From sequence record NC_027399.1: 64,000 nt of DNA; one strand, 5' to 3'. The position numbers were made by a program, and so were the translations under genes. Of this stretch, positions 30,478-39,050 are shown in pieces. The notes under the pieces were generated by a model, which ran no database searches, was not told where the DNA came from, and was given only the letters and a program-made list of their open reading frames with translations. Positions within the stretch are counted from its first letter, which is position 1. Every line of letters starts with the position of its first letter.

Positions 30478-30486
30478 TATATTAAA

Positions 30487-30517
30487 GGCAGAGATGTACT
30501 CTTCTCTGCCAATTTTT
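30487..30517 (+). terminator. intrinsic terminator
   Basis: GGCAGAGA-loop-TCTCTGCC-AATTTTT. Confidence 0.7.
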
Positions 30518-30549
30518 AATTTAAAACAAAAATAAGGTTTAGTAGATAT

Positions 30550-31410
30550 ATGAAATTATATTTTTTATTTTCTTTTGCTGAAGATATGTATGGATTTGCA
30601 GAAGATGCAGAAAGTGATGGAATCTCATCACATACCAGGCATCAAAAACACCCACATGAGTTTTATAATAATTTATTCATGTTTATGCAATATAAAATTT
30701 TCTCATCTGAATTTGATAATTTAGATCACCCATGGGAATTACCTTTAATTGATATTCCAGACGAATACGTATTTCAGTTCATGTTAATGGGTCTGGAAGA
30801 CTATGACTTAGTTGTTTATAACTACAGAACTAAACGCATTATGCTTGGAACTCACGATAGTTCCATTGTATATGTTTCAAGTACTAATGATGAGTTAGCG
30901 TCTGATGAAGGTAATTATAGAAAATCTTATGGTTATATAGAAAATGATAATGATTTTATTTTAGATTTTCGTGTATCAGAAGAAGAAAGAAGAAAAAGAG
31001 AAACTTATCAAGTGGAGTTAAAACCAGATAATGGTTATAATGAAATTTTGGAAGTACTTAAACCATACTACCTTGATATTGTTTATAAGAAATATAAACG
31101 CCTGCTAAATCATCTTAGCGAAAAAGAACCAATTGGTTTTGAAACCAATTCATTACGTAATAGCATCATATTTCCACCTAGAGTAATGAAATATGGTGAA
31201 GTTTCTAAACACAAGATGAAACTATATCCAGATGATATTGAAGTTCTATATCATTCGTGGTTGAATAATGATGAACTATATGTAGAAAATAAAAAGTTAA
31301 TGCGTATAAGTAATAATGATGATAGATTGCTACAAGCGTGGTATAATGATTCATATTCTGCATTTACTGACAGTAATTCTGAGTATTGGAAGAATACAGG
31401 ACAAAACTAA
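30550..31410 (+). CDS. hypothetical protein with N-proximal family A-like motif
   Basis: DIPDEYVFQFMLMG. Confidence 0.7.
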   Translation: MKLYFLFSFAEDMYGFAEDAESDGISSHTRHQKHPHEFYNNLFMFMQYKIFSSEFDNLDHPWELPLIDIPDEYVFQFMLMGLEDYDLVVYNYRTKRIMLGTHDSSIVYVSSTNDELASDEGNYRKSYGYIENDNDFILDFRVSEEERRKRETYQVELKPDNGYNEILEVLKPYYLDIVYKKYKRLLNHLSEKEPIGFETNSLRNSIIFPPRVMKYGEVSKHKMKLYPDDIEVLYHSWLNNDELYVENKKLMRISNNDDRLLQAWYNDSYSAFTDSNSEYWKNTGQN

Positions 31411-31413
31411 ACC

Positions 31414-31441
31414 AAGGACGGCGTAAAAACCGTCCTTTTTT
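31414..31441 (+). terminator. intrinsic terminator
   Basis: AAGGACGG-loop-CCGTCCTT-TTTT. Confidence 0.8.
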
Positions 31442-31445
31442 AATA

Positions 31446-31483
31446 TATAAATATCTGAACGAAAAATAGATTTAAGATATAAT
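31446..31483 (+). promoter_or_regulatory. candidate promoters for the intergenic transcript
   Basis: T4-late-like TATAAATA at 31446-31453; TATAAT -10 at 31478-31483 with weak -35. Confidence 0.5.
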
Positions 31484-31489
31484 GTATGT

Positions 31490-31960
31490 AATTACAAGGA
31501 TGTTGGATGCACAGGATGTGCATACACTAAAAACCTGATCCACTCGAAACAAGTAGAGGGCAGATGAGTATACCAACAATACGCCGTGTAGAGGATACCC
31601 GTTTAGGCGAGTCGACACGTTAAAGGGCAAAGGTAGCACGATTGCCCCAATCTCTCAGGAGATTGATAGGACGCGAATCCAGTTAAGTCTGGACATTAAG
31701 TGTAAAAGGGAGATTATTTTCTTTTAGATATTTTGGAAATAATCACAGTATTGAATTGCTTGAATAGTTCGGTACTGAAGTGCAAGTATGTTTAAACTTG
31801 TGACCGTTGCATGTGACTGCGATAAGGGGAAACCGGGCAACCCGCCTCTGCCTAATAAATTAAATTTATTAGAATTCGCAATTCAAGGAATTTCGACAGC
31901 TACGAGCTTCAAGGCTTAGCTTTTTTATTTCTCTTCCCCTCCCTGTGGGGGGATGAAAAT
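31490..31960 (+). ncRNA. candidate large structured ncRNA with CsrA-type GGA hairpins at the 5' end
   Basis: No long ORF; GC-richer than flanks; hairpins ATGCACA-GGA-TGTGCAT, GGGCAA..TTGCCC, CAATCTC-TCAG-GAGATTG, TCCAG..CTGGA, GG-GAAA-CC, CTAATAAAT..ATTTATTAG; 3' end not defined. Confidence 0.5.
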
Positions 31961-31988
31961 ATCTCGTGCAAACGCCTTCAAGTATTGA

Positions 31989-32099
31989 AATTCACGAAGT
32001 GAATTGAAATTACTTGTTCTGTAGTCGAACGACAGTGAGACGTGAGAACAAGTAATTTCTGCATGTATCAACGAAGTGACAACGAGTTGATACATAGCA
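31989..32099. repeat. cluster of three inverted repeats (ssi/PAS-like DNA hairpins)
   Basis: AATTCAC-GAA-GTGAATT; 15-bp IR 32006-32020/32045-32059; 10-bp IR 32063-32072/32086-32095. Confidence 0.75.
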
Positions 32100-32150
32100 C
32101 TTTAAAACATTATTAAATTCAATAATTAATATTATTATGGTTTTAAAGAA

Positions 32151-32762
32151 ATGAATTTAGAAGAACAGAAAAAAATCGCTTCAAGAAAACAAAAGAAAGG
32201 AATTGATATTAAGTACTTGAATAAGGAATTTCAAATAGTTCATAATCCAGATAGCTCTTTTTGTGGTTACAGAATACGAACAGAACAAAATACATTATCT
32301 AATATAAGCGAGTATGAAAATGGTACTGAAATAGGAATTATTCATTTCAGACCAACTCAAACTCCAACAATACTCGGAGCTAGATATAAACAATATTTTG
32401 AAGAGAGATATACCAATGGAAACATTTCTATTCATTATACATTTTATAAAAGTGTATTAATTGGTGAATACAAGAAATATGATTCAGATGGGAATTTAAC
32501 ACTAAGAGAATTCTATGATGGAAATGGTGATTGTACTAAAGAAATAAAAGAATTCATTGGTTTTAATGGAACCGATGAGGAATTTATGCATTACGAATTT
32601 AAAGAAGATGAAGAATTTAATATATTAATGAGATATGGTTCTCACTTCAAATTAATAAAAGAAATAAAGTTTAAAACAGAATATTTTAATTACGTATATG
32701 AAAATTGTCTTAAACGTGGTTATATACGTAACGATTTATTGAATAAGAAACACAAACACTGA
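32151..32762 (+). CDS. MORN-variant repeat protein
   Basis: ERYTNGNISIHYTFYKSVLIGEYKKYDSDGNL resembles MORN2/YwqK repeats. Confidence 0.5.
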   Translation: MNLEEQKKIASRKQKKGIDIKYLNKEFQIVHNPDSSFCGYRIRTEQNTLSNISEYENGTEIGIIHFRPTQTPTILGARYKQYFEERYTNGNISIHYTFYKSVLIGEYKKYDSDGNLTLREFYDGNGDCTKEIKEFIGFNGTDEEFMHYEFKEDEEFNILMRYGSHFKLIKEIKFKTEYFNYVYENCLKRGYIRNDLLNKKHKH

Positions 32763-32786
32763 ACTAAAATAAAGGAAAATAACTTC

Positions 32787-33305
32787 ATGGAAAAGAAGAA
32801 AAACAAACACGCGGTACACTTCAGTACAAGAAAAAATGATCTATGGACAACACCAAAACCATTGTTTGATAAACTTAATGCTTTGTGGAATTTTACAGTA
32901 GATGTTGCTTGTACTCATGAAACTGCTTTGTGTCTTAAACATTACACACCAGAAGATGATGGTTTATCACAGGACTGGAGCAATGAAACATTTTGGTTAA
33001 ATCCACCTTATAGTGATTTATCTCCGTGGTTATCAAAAAGTGTTGAAGACTATAACAGAGGTGCTACTGGTTTGATTTTGGTTCCAGCAAGAACTGATAC
33101 CAGAGCTTTTCAGAATTTTGCTTCTCCTTTTTGTGATGCTATGTGTTTTATAAAAGGAAGGCTTAAATTTGGTAATCCATTAAAACCAGATGATAAACTA
33201 TCATCAGCACCATTTCCTTCTTGTATTATAGTACTGGATAAGAATCTAACACAAGCGAAAATAGATTGCCTAAAATCATTAGGAAACACTATGGTTAACA
33301 TATGA
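32787..33305 (+). CDS. dam: phage N6-adenine DNA methyltransferase (Dam-like family)
   Basis: WTTP..LF, DGL.Q.W, NPPY, LVPARTDT, FIKGRLKF; target sequence unknown. Confidence 0.85.
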   Translation: MEKKKNKHAVHFSTRKNDLWTTPKPLFDKLNALWNFTVDVACTHETALCLKHYTPEDDGLSQDWSNETFWLNPPYSDLSPWLSKSVEDYNRGATGLILVPARTDTRAFQNFASPFCDAMCFIKGRLKFGNPLKPDDKLSSAPFPSCIIVLDKNLTQAKIDCLKSLGNTMVNI

Positions 33306-33838
33306 ATAAATGTATAATTACTTTTGGTAGAATAAATCCAATTCATTTAGGTCATGGGATTTTATTCAATAAAGTACAAGATATTAGTACTGAATTAAAT
33401 GCAGATTTTCGAATTTATCTCAGTACTACACAAGATCCAAAGAAAAATCCACTTCCACCTAATCTAAAACAATATTACACTTCAAATTTTTATCCAAACA
33501 TTAAAGATGTATTGAGTACTGAAAGTAATGTGATTAATATTATGCAAGATTTGGATTCTCAGTACAGTGATATTATTTTTGTTTGTGGATCAGATCGAAT
33601 AAATTCCTTTAAAAAAGCACTTGACAGTGCCAATGGAAAATTATATAATTTCGATTCAATAGAAGTAATTCAGGCTGGGATTGAAAGAGAATGTAGCAAA
33701 TATAGTAGTACTGTAATGCGTTCGTATGCACTTGATGGTGATTACAACTCATTTAGTACCTTTTTACCTGGAAAAGATGTTTATTTAAAAGAACAGCTAT
33801 TTGAAGATGTTCGACTGTATTTGGGAGTACAAAAATGA
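33302..33838 (+). CDS. HIGH-motif nucleotidyltransferase (cytidylyltransferase-like)
   Basis: TFGRINPIHLGH, DPKKNPL, VCGSDR, SSTVMR. Confidence 0.8.
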   Translation: MNKCIITFGRINPIHLGHGILFNKVQDISTELNADFRIYLSTTQDPKKNPLPPNLKQYYTSNFYPNIKDVLSTESNVINIMQDLDSQYSDIIFVCGSDRINSFKKALDSANGKLYNFDSIEVIQAGIERECSKYSSTVMRSYALDGDYNSFSTFLPGKDVYLKEQLFEDVRLYLGVQK

Positions 33839-34125
33839 TTCTGTTTAACACCAATGCACTACATTGGGATGAAAATGAAAAAACTGGATTCAGAAAAATT
33901 TCAGTACTGTATAAATCAAACAATGTATTGAATATTATTGCAAATAAAACGAATAATCAATGGATGACACAAGTGGTACCTATGGGTTATTCATATACAA
34001 AAGATGAAGTTGAATTTCTTGTTGAATTGTACAAAATTATAGTACCTGTTATGGATTTTTTAGAACAAGATATCGTAATTACACATTCCGATGTTCTTGA
34101 TTTTCTGGAATCCATAAATGTCTAA
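33835..34125 (+). CDS. hypothetical protein
   Basis: ATGA coupling. Confidence 0.7.
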   Translation: MILFNTNALHWDENEKTGFRKISVLYKSNNVLNIIANKTNNQWMTQVVPMGYSYTKDEVEFLVELYKIIVPVMDFLEQDIVITHSDVLDFLESINV

Positions 34126-34378
34126 AATAGATATTTCATCTATATTCAATGAATCATGGCTTGAGCTTCGAGATGAACTAGCTATCATTAAATGTACTGA
34201 ATTGTGGTTAATCAAGAGCCAAAAAAAATTCTCAGTAGAATTAAAACATAAATTATATCACGCATATAGAAATTCTCTACCTTGCACCATTAAAACAAAA
34301 AACATTAATTACGATGGTAAAATAATATACTTAGACGATGGTTGTATATTTTATCTGGTAAAATTTGAATACATTTAA
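34118..34378 (+). CDS. hypothetical protein
   Basis: Coupled ORF. Confidence 0.65.
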   Translation: MSKIDISSIFNESWLELRDELAIIKCTELWLIKSQKKFSVELKHKLYHAYRNSLPCTIKTKNINYDGKIIYLDDGCIFYLVKFEYI

Positions 34379-34387
34379 GGAATAAAA

Positions 34388-34993
34388 ATGAATACTAATA
34401 GTAATACTTATTTTCGTTATCTACGTCTGGGTCTATCTCTTCGTCCAGTACGTGGTTATTGTGATGATCTGGAAGATTTTGAATACGCGTGGGCTGTTCA
34501 TTGTGAAAATGTACAATACGTACTTAATGATTTTGGTGAATTTGAAAAAGATAATGATGCAACTTCAATGATGAATGCAATTGATAATCTTGATTGTATT
34601 GCTAATTCAGATCGTCATGAAACAGTACTTGCAGTACAGAAATATATTGAAAGCAATCTTCACAAACCGGTTTGGTGTATGGTAAGCACTGAAGAACAAC
34701 TTGGAATTACTTTTGGTAGTGAAGATGGTTATGTTGCACAATTGATTATGGATTTTAGTACTGAAGAAAAATTCATTTCTTATCGTGATAAAATTTATCA
34801 AGCACTATTACGCAGTGGTATCAGTGAAGATCAAGTACCAGAAATTGCACCAATGAAAGATTTTTTCCTTATCCCAAGTGATGAAAAATATGATGCAATG
34901 TTTTATAAAATGAATGTGCCAGGTGTTATTGTTGAACATTTTGATGATGATAATACTGAGTGGTTGGACTTGGGTGATGACGAAGACTATTGA
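34388..34993 (+). CDS. hypothetical acidic protein
   Basis: AAGGA SD; 201 aa. Confidence 0.75.
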   Translation: MNTNSNTYFRYLRLGLSLRPVRGYCDDLEDFEYAWAVHCENVQYVLNDFGEFEKDNDATSMMNAIDNLDCIANSDRHETVLAVQKYIESNLHKPVWCMVSTEEQLGITFGSEDGYVAQLIMDFSTEEKFISYRDKIYQALLRSGISEDQVPEIAPMKDFFLIPSDEKYDAMFYKMNVPGVIVEHFDDDNTEWLDLGDDEDY

Positions 34994-35141
34994 TGATTTT
35001 TATTGCTTTATAGAAAATACAACTGCACTATTAGAGTATTTTGACAATACTCCTTATCATAAAATATTAGTGCAGGTTTATGATGATCTTTTTTATGAAT
35101 ATGGTAACTATTTTGATTGGTTCGCACATCTTAGTACATAA
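34977..35141 (+). CDS. small hypothetical protein
   Basis: ATG 34977 with GGGTG SD. Confidence 0.5.
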   Translation: MTKTIDDFYCFIENTTALLEYFDNTPYHKILVQVYDDLFYEYGNYFDWFAHLST

Positions 35142-35406
35142 CTTTTTATTACTTCTTAATAACAAAATACAAATTAACTATATTTTCAGAGATGATCCTT
35201 TATATAAAAATGAAATCTCTGATATATACAAGAATATGACAACTGAAATCTATCATTATTACATGAATAAAAAATTCAAGTGCTATTATATCAAAGGAAT
35301 TGTAAAACCAGCAAGGTTATATATATGCACTAAAAATGATATGGTGAGTAAAGTTATAGATATCAAAGATTTAAAAGATGAGGTTCTTAGGGATGAGTGG
35401 TGTTGA
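35080..35406 (+). CDS. probable family B protein
   Basis: YHYYMNKKFKCY; start uncertain. Confidence 0.55.
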   Translation: MMIFFMNMVTILIGSHILVHNFLLLLNNKIQINYIFRDDPLYKNEISDIYKNMTTEIYHYYMNKKFKCYYIKGIVKPARLYICTKNDMVSKVIDIKDLKDEVLRDEWC

Positions 35407-35710
35407 ATGTGTGAAAAAGAAAATCGAATTTATACAAATGACATGTAAGGTAATTTTCGATTTAGCACACAGTAACAACATGCCAACAGCATTTAAAGAA
35501 GTACTATTATTAAGTACTGAGATTATTTTTGAAGAATATTTCAGTACTAAATTGTATTTATATTATGGTAATTTTTGCAAAATTCACGGCTTTACTATAA
35601 GTAGTTCAAATGGAAGTGTTTATATTTTAACTTCATTTGGTCATTTCGAATTAACAGAAAGTGCTGTAAAAAATTTATATGAATATCCATCAAAAATGAG
35701 AGTAAATTAA
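35393..35710 (+). CDS. family B protein
   Basis: IFEEYFSTKLYLY. Confidence 0.6.
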   Translation: MSGVECVKKKIEFIQMTCKVIFDLAHSNNMPTAFKEVLLLSTEIIFEEYFSTKLYLYYGNFCKIHGFTISSSNGSVYILTSFGHFELTESAVKNLYEYPSKMRVN

Positions 35711-35910
35711 TGAAAAAATGTTCGTGTTGTGGATCTACTCAAATTGCACGTTTTCGATTAGATTCTGATTGGGCCGTTGGTTGTGGTGATTTCTACCCAG
35801 TTAATGATGATTCAGAATATACTGAAGAACAACTGAAAGATTTTGATAATAGTTGGAGACCAGATTTTGAGTTTCTATATTGTTTGAATTGTAATTCGGT
35901 ACAGGAATGA
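35710..35910 (+). CDS. small Zn-ribbon-like protein
   Basis: CSCC ... CLNC. Confidence 0.6.
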   Translation: MKKCSCCGSTQIARFRLDSDWAVGCGDFYPVNDDSEYTEEQLKDFDNSWRPDFEFLYCLNCNSVQE

Positions 35911-36176
35911 TTAAACCACATTATCATTGTATTCACTACTTAGGAACGACTATTTGTAATGAATTTACGAAAAATAAACATCATCAATTCAGTACTGTAA
36001 TACGTGATATATTGTTATACATTGAAAAAGAATTAACATTATTTTATAAAAATACCGTATATACTTATTGTAATAAAAAGTACAAAATACTCAATTTATC
36101 ATTTGATGATAGAGGATTTTTATATGTAATGAGTACTGAATATTATACTCATTTGGTTCTGCATACGGATTTATAA
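35907..36176 (+). CDS. family B protein
   Basis: IEKELTLFYKNTVY. Confidence 0.65.
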   Translation: MIKPHYHCIHYLGTTICNEFTKNKHHQFSTVIRDILLYIEKELTLFYKNTVYTYCNKKYKILNLSFDDRGFLYVMSTEYYTHLVLHTDL

Positions 36177-36445
36177 TGAACAAACAATTATTATACTGTA
36201 AAGTGGTTTATTACTTGACTAATTCAGTACTGAATATGAATAACACACATTTTAACTATTCACTATGTATTAGAAGTATTTTAGATAACATAGAAGATGA
36301 ACTAAATGTGTTATATACTGGAAAAACATTCACAAAAAACAATATCCGACACAAATGTAATGGTATTGTTATAACATATGGGCGTATATTTGCTTTATAC
36401 GGTATACGTTACACTTGCTATTTTCATAGGGCTAAATTTAAATGA
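36176..36445 (+). CDS. family B protein
   Basis: IEDELNVLYTGKTF. Confidence 0.65.
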   Translation: MNKQLLYCKVVYYLTNSVLNMNNTHFNYSLCIRSILDNIEDELNVLYTGKTFTKNNIRHKCNGIVITYGRIFALYGIRYTCYFHRAKFK

Positions 36446-37059
36446 AAACAGATTATTCAAAACTAAGAACAAAACTTTATGGAATTATAGAGGGGCTATC
36501 TCTAATCGATCCAAAGTACTATGAATTGCGTCGTTTACTTGCATTCGCCGAACAATATCATTGTAATACACGAAAAGATGGTTCTGAAGAATTCTCTCAT
36601 CAATTACAAATGCTTGGATTGGCTCTTACGCTTCATGAATCGATGTGTAAGCCGTTTGAAGTATACATGGCAATTGTATCTCATGATTTAATCGAAGACT
36701 ATCCAGAAGCTTCTGAAACGCTTGAGATGTTATTCCCTGATGTAATCCAATATAGTCGCAAACTGGCTAAATTTAAAGATTCAAATACTGATGAAGATTC
36801 GTACTATGGATACTTTAATCAGCTTTCTAATTGTCAAGTATGTTCAATTGTAAAACTCGTAGATAGAGTGCACAATTTGAGTACCGCACCTGGTGTATTC
36901 AGTACTGAAAAAATTATAAGTTATTGTGATGAAACTGATAAGTATTTCTTTGATATGATAAAAAAATCCAAAGTTATGTTCAATCAACGTTCAGCATATG
37001 AAGTTCTAAAATTCATGTTGAATACCGAAGTCAGTACTATCAGGAATTTATTAAAATGA
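36442..37059 (+). CDS. HD-domain hydrolase, RelA/SpoT (Mesh1)-like
   Basis: AEQYH..RKDG....H, AIVSHDLIED, VKLVDRVHNL. Confidence 0.8.
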   Translation: MKTDYSKLRTKLYGIIEGLSLIDPKYYELRRLLAFAEQYHCNTRKDGSEEFSHQLQMLGLALTLHESMCKPFEVYMAIVSHDLIEDYPEASETLEMLFPDVIQYSRKLAKFKDSNTDEDSYYGYFNQLSNCQVCSIVKLVDRVHNLSTAPGVFSTEKIISYCDETDKYFFDMIKKSKVMFNQRSAYEVLKFMLNTEVSTIRNLLK

Positions 37060-37262
37060 AAATAGTTTTAGAATTTGCATTTATTATTTTTGGTTTCATT
37101 TGGTTCACTGCTATTTCAATTTTTGCTGGATATCTCATTATTAAACCGGATATGTTGATTTTCTACTGGATTTTGACTTTAATTGCATTCATCAGTGTTG
37201 TCTATTTGTCTTATAAACTGGTATATCTATATGCAGATGAAATCAAAAAATATAACACTTAG
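37056..37262 (+). CDS. small membrane protein (2 TM)
   Basis: Two hydrophobic segments. Confidence 0.7.
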   Translation: MKIVLEFAFIIFGFIWFTAISIFAGYLIIKPDMLIFYWILTLIAFISVVYLSYKLVYLYADEIKKYNT

Positions 37263-37295
37263 TTGGTTTTATGTTGAAAAGATTTAAAATCGATA

Positions 37296-37325
37296 TTGAA
37301 TAAACATTTCTCCTTGTGATATAAT
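37296..37325 (+). promoter_or_regulatory. sigma70-type promoter
   Basis: TTGAAT-18bp-TATAAT with TG extension. Confidence 0.65.
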
Positions 37326-37369
37326 ACTATATGTAAAAGGATTTTACATAAGCACAAGGAGAGTCAAAG

Positions 37370-38098
37370 ATGATAGATAATTTAGCATTTGCATCCGAAA
37401 TGGCTAATCAGTTGAACATGAGTAATTTTCAGAGTCTTACACCAGTGATGGCGGAATATGCTGTTGCTCATGCCACCTGTGGTGAACAAGTTGGATCAGC
37501 AAATTTATTAGCTGATGTATTCAGTACTGTACAAAGTACCCAATACAGTGTTAAAATGTATAGGGATAAGTTTGTACAGTTGTATATGCTTGATGTAATA
37601 AAAGAAGAACCAGAATGGACTGATTTTATTATTGAACGTAGGATTAGTGGTGTTTCTAATCCAGATAAAGATGCAGTACAAGTATTTGATGAAATACTTC
37701 AAGATGTATATAGTAATGAACAAAAAAGTCTAAATCAATACAATGTACGTTCTACCAAGACAGTGCTCGTGGGATTTGATGAAGATGAAGAATATTACTA
37801 TTTTCGTTGTACTGAAGTAGATTTTAAATACGAAACTCCCAGTACAGTTAAAGTTAAAGAATTTACTGAAAAGAGTAAAAACTTCAAAAAACATTCTTCT
37901 AATATTAGTAATATAGTTGGTTATAATAAAGATGGTATTGACATATATCAATGGGTACACCCAAATAACTCAACTTATACCAGATGTTTAAAGAAACGTT
38001 ATAATTTAAAACAAGAAGAATCATTTTATTTTAAGATAAAGAAGCATTCCTATCAACGACCTGATGAATCAGTGTTACTTGGTATGATTTACTTCTGA
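37370..38098 (+). CDS. hypothetical protein (monocistronic unit)
   Basis: AAGGAG SD; own promoter and terminator. Confidence 0.8.
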   Translation: MIDNLAFASEMANQLNMSNFQSLTPVMAEYAVAHATCGEQVGSANLLADVFSTVQSTQYSVKMYRDKFVQLYMLDVIKEEPEWTDFIIERRISGVSNPDKDAVQVFDEILQDVYSNEQKSLNQYNVRSTKTVLVGFDEDEEYYYFRCTEVDFKYETPSTVKVKEFTEKSKNFKKHSSNISNIVGYNKDGIDIYQWVHPNNSTYTRCLKKRYNLKQEESFYFKIKKHSYQRPDESVLLGMIYF

Positions 38099-38106
38099 TT
38101 TTAGTC

Positions 38107-38139
38107 GTCCAGTACAATATAAGTACTGGACATTTTTTT
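38107..38139 (+). terminator. intrinsic terminator
   Basis: GTCCAGTAC-AATATAA-GTACTGGAC-ATTTTTTT. Confidence 0.75.
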
Positions 38140-38149
38140 AAGGTAAAAA

Positions 38150-38428
38150 ATGAATATATTACAAAAAGTTAATCTATTTGGAAAAGCGTATACAAATGCT
38201 TTTTATGGTATTGATAAACGTTATGAATATGCTAATTTTTTAAATAGAGAAATTGAATTTAGTGGAATGAATAGGTTATTGTCTGGTAAACGTGTAACTA
38301 TTGTTTTTAATGGTTATCAGGGATATATTAATCAAATTCGTCATCTAGATGAGAAAATTTTTGCATACGTTTATACTAATAATGGAAATTTATTGATTAA
38401 TTTATCTTTTTTGGAATTGATTGAATGA
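38150..38428 (+). CDS. family B protein
   Basis: MNRLLSGKRVTI. Confidence 0.65.
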   Translation: MNILQKVNLFGKAYTNAFYGIDKRYEYANFLNREIEFSGMNRLLSGKRVTIVFNGYQGYINQIRHLDEKIFAYVYTNNGNLLINLSFLELIE

Positions 38429-38709
38429 AATTAATAGACCAAGTTATTCTTTATAAGAAAGTATTTGATTATATGGAAGATTTTCTTGATGGTACACATT
38501 ATGAATGTTGCATTTATGTTACATGGAAAAAGAATGTAATGGAAATAGAAAAAGCTACCATTTCTAAAATAGTGCGTATAAAAAGCCTTGATACTATTGG
38601 TACTATTATTGAACTTAATATAGGAAGATATTTTGCATTTTTTGGTGTAAAAGTACCTGAAAACGATTTTGCTCTTATAATTTCATTAGATGATATTGAG
38701 TTTCTTTGA
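38425..38709 (+). CDS. probable family B protein
   Basis: Same size and beta-rich C-terminus; ends ISLDDIEFL. Confidence 0.55.
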   Translation: MKLIDQVILYKKVFDYMEDFLDGTHYECCIYVTWKKNVMEIEKATISKIVRIKSLDTIGTIIELNIGRYFAFFGVKVPENDFALIISLDDIEFL

Positions 38710-38738
38710 GTTTTATCTATTTGGTAATATAAAATATT

Positions 38739-39050
38739 ATGGATAAATTACACAAAGCAGTATTATTTTTAAAAGCATATAGCTATGAGTACTTACAAAG
38801 TCATGGAAAATGGAATGGTAGTTATAAGGATTTATATTCATCTGTTTTTCTTAATGAAGTAAATCTTGTGATATCAGAAGTACAAAAATTATATGAAAGA
38901 AAACTTGTGCATACGAGATTTGGTATTGGAATTATTATTAGTATATTTTGCTTCACATACGGTTCCTTTTTAGTCGCAATAGAAACAATAGTAGAAGGCA
39001 AACCACAAACAATAGTATTAGAATTAAGTGAGATATATCTGGATGAATGA
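38739..39050 (+). CDS. family B protein
   Basis: VQKLYERKLVHT. Confidence 0.65.
   Translation: MDKLHKAVLFLKAYSYEYLQSHGKWNGSYKDLYSSVFLNEVNLVISEVQKLYERKLVHTRFGIGIIISIFCFTYGSFLVAIETIVEGKPQTIVLELSEIYLDE

Noticed and set aside
31530-31575. CTGATCC...CGAAAC resembling a hammerhead ribozyme core
   Set aside because: It lacks the required CUGANGA and flanking stem arrangement.
31450-32100. tmRNA, RNase P RNA, group I/II intron or tRNA identity for the structured region
   Set aside because: No tRNA-like ends with T-loop, no GAGGAAAGUCC, no P7 or domain V signatures were found by eye.
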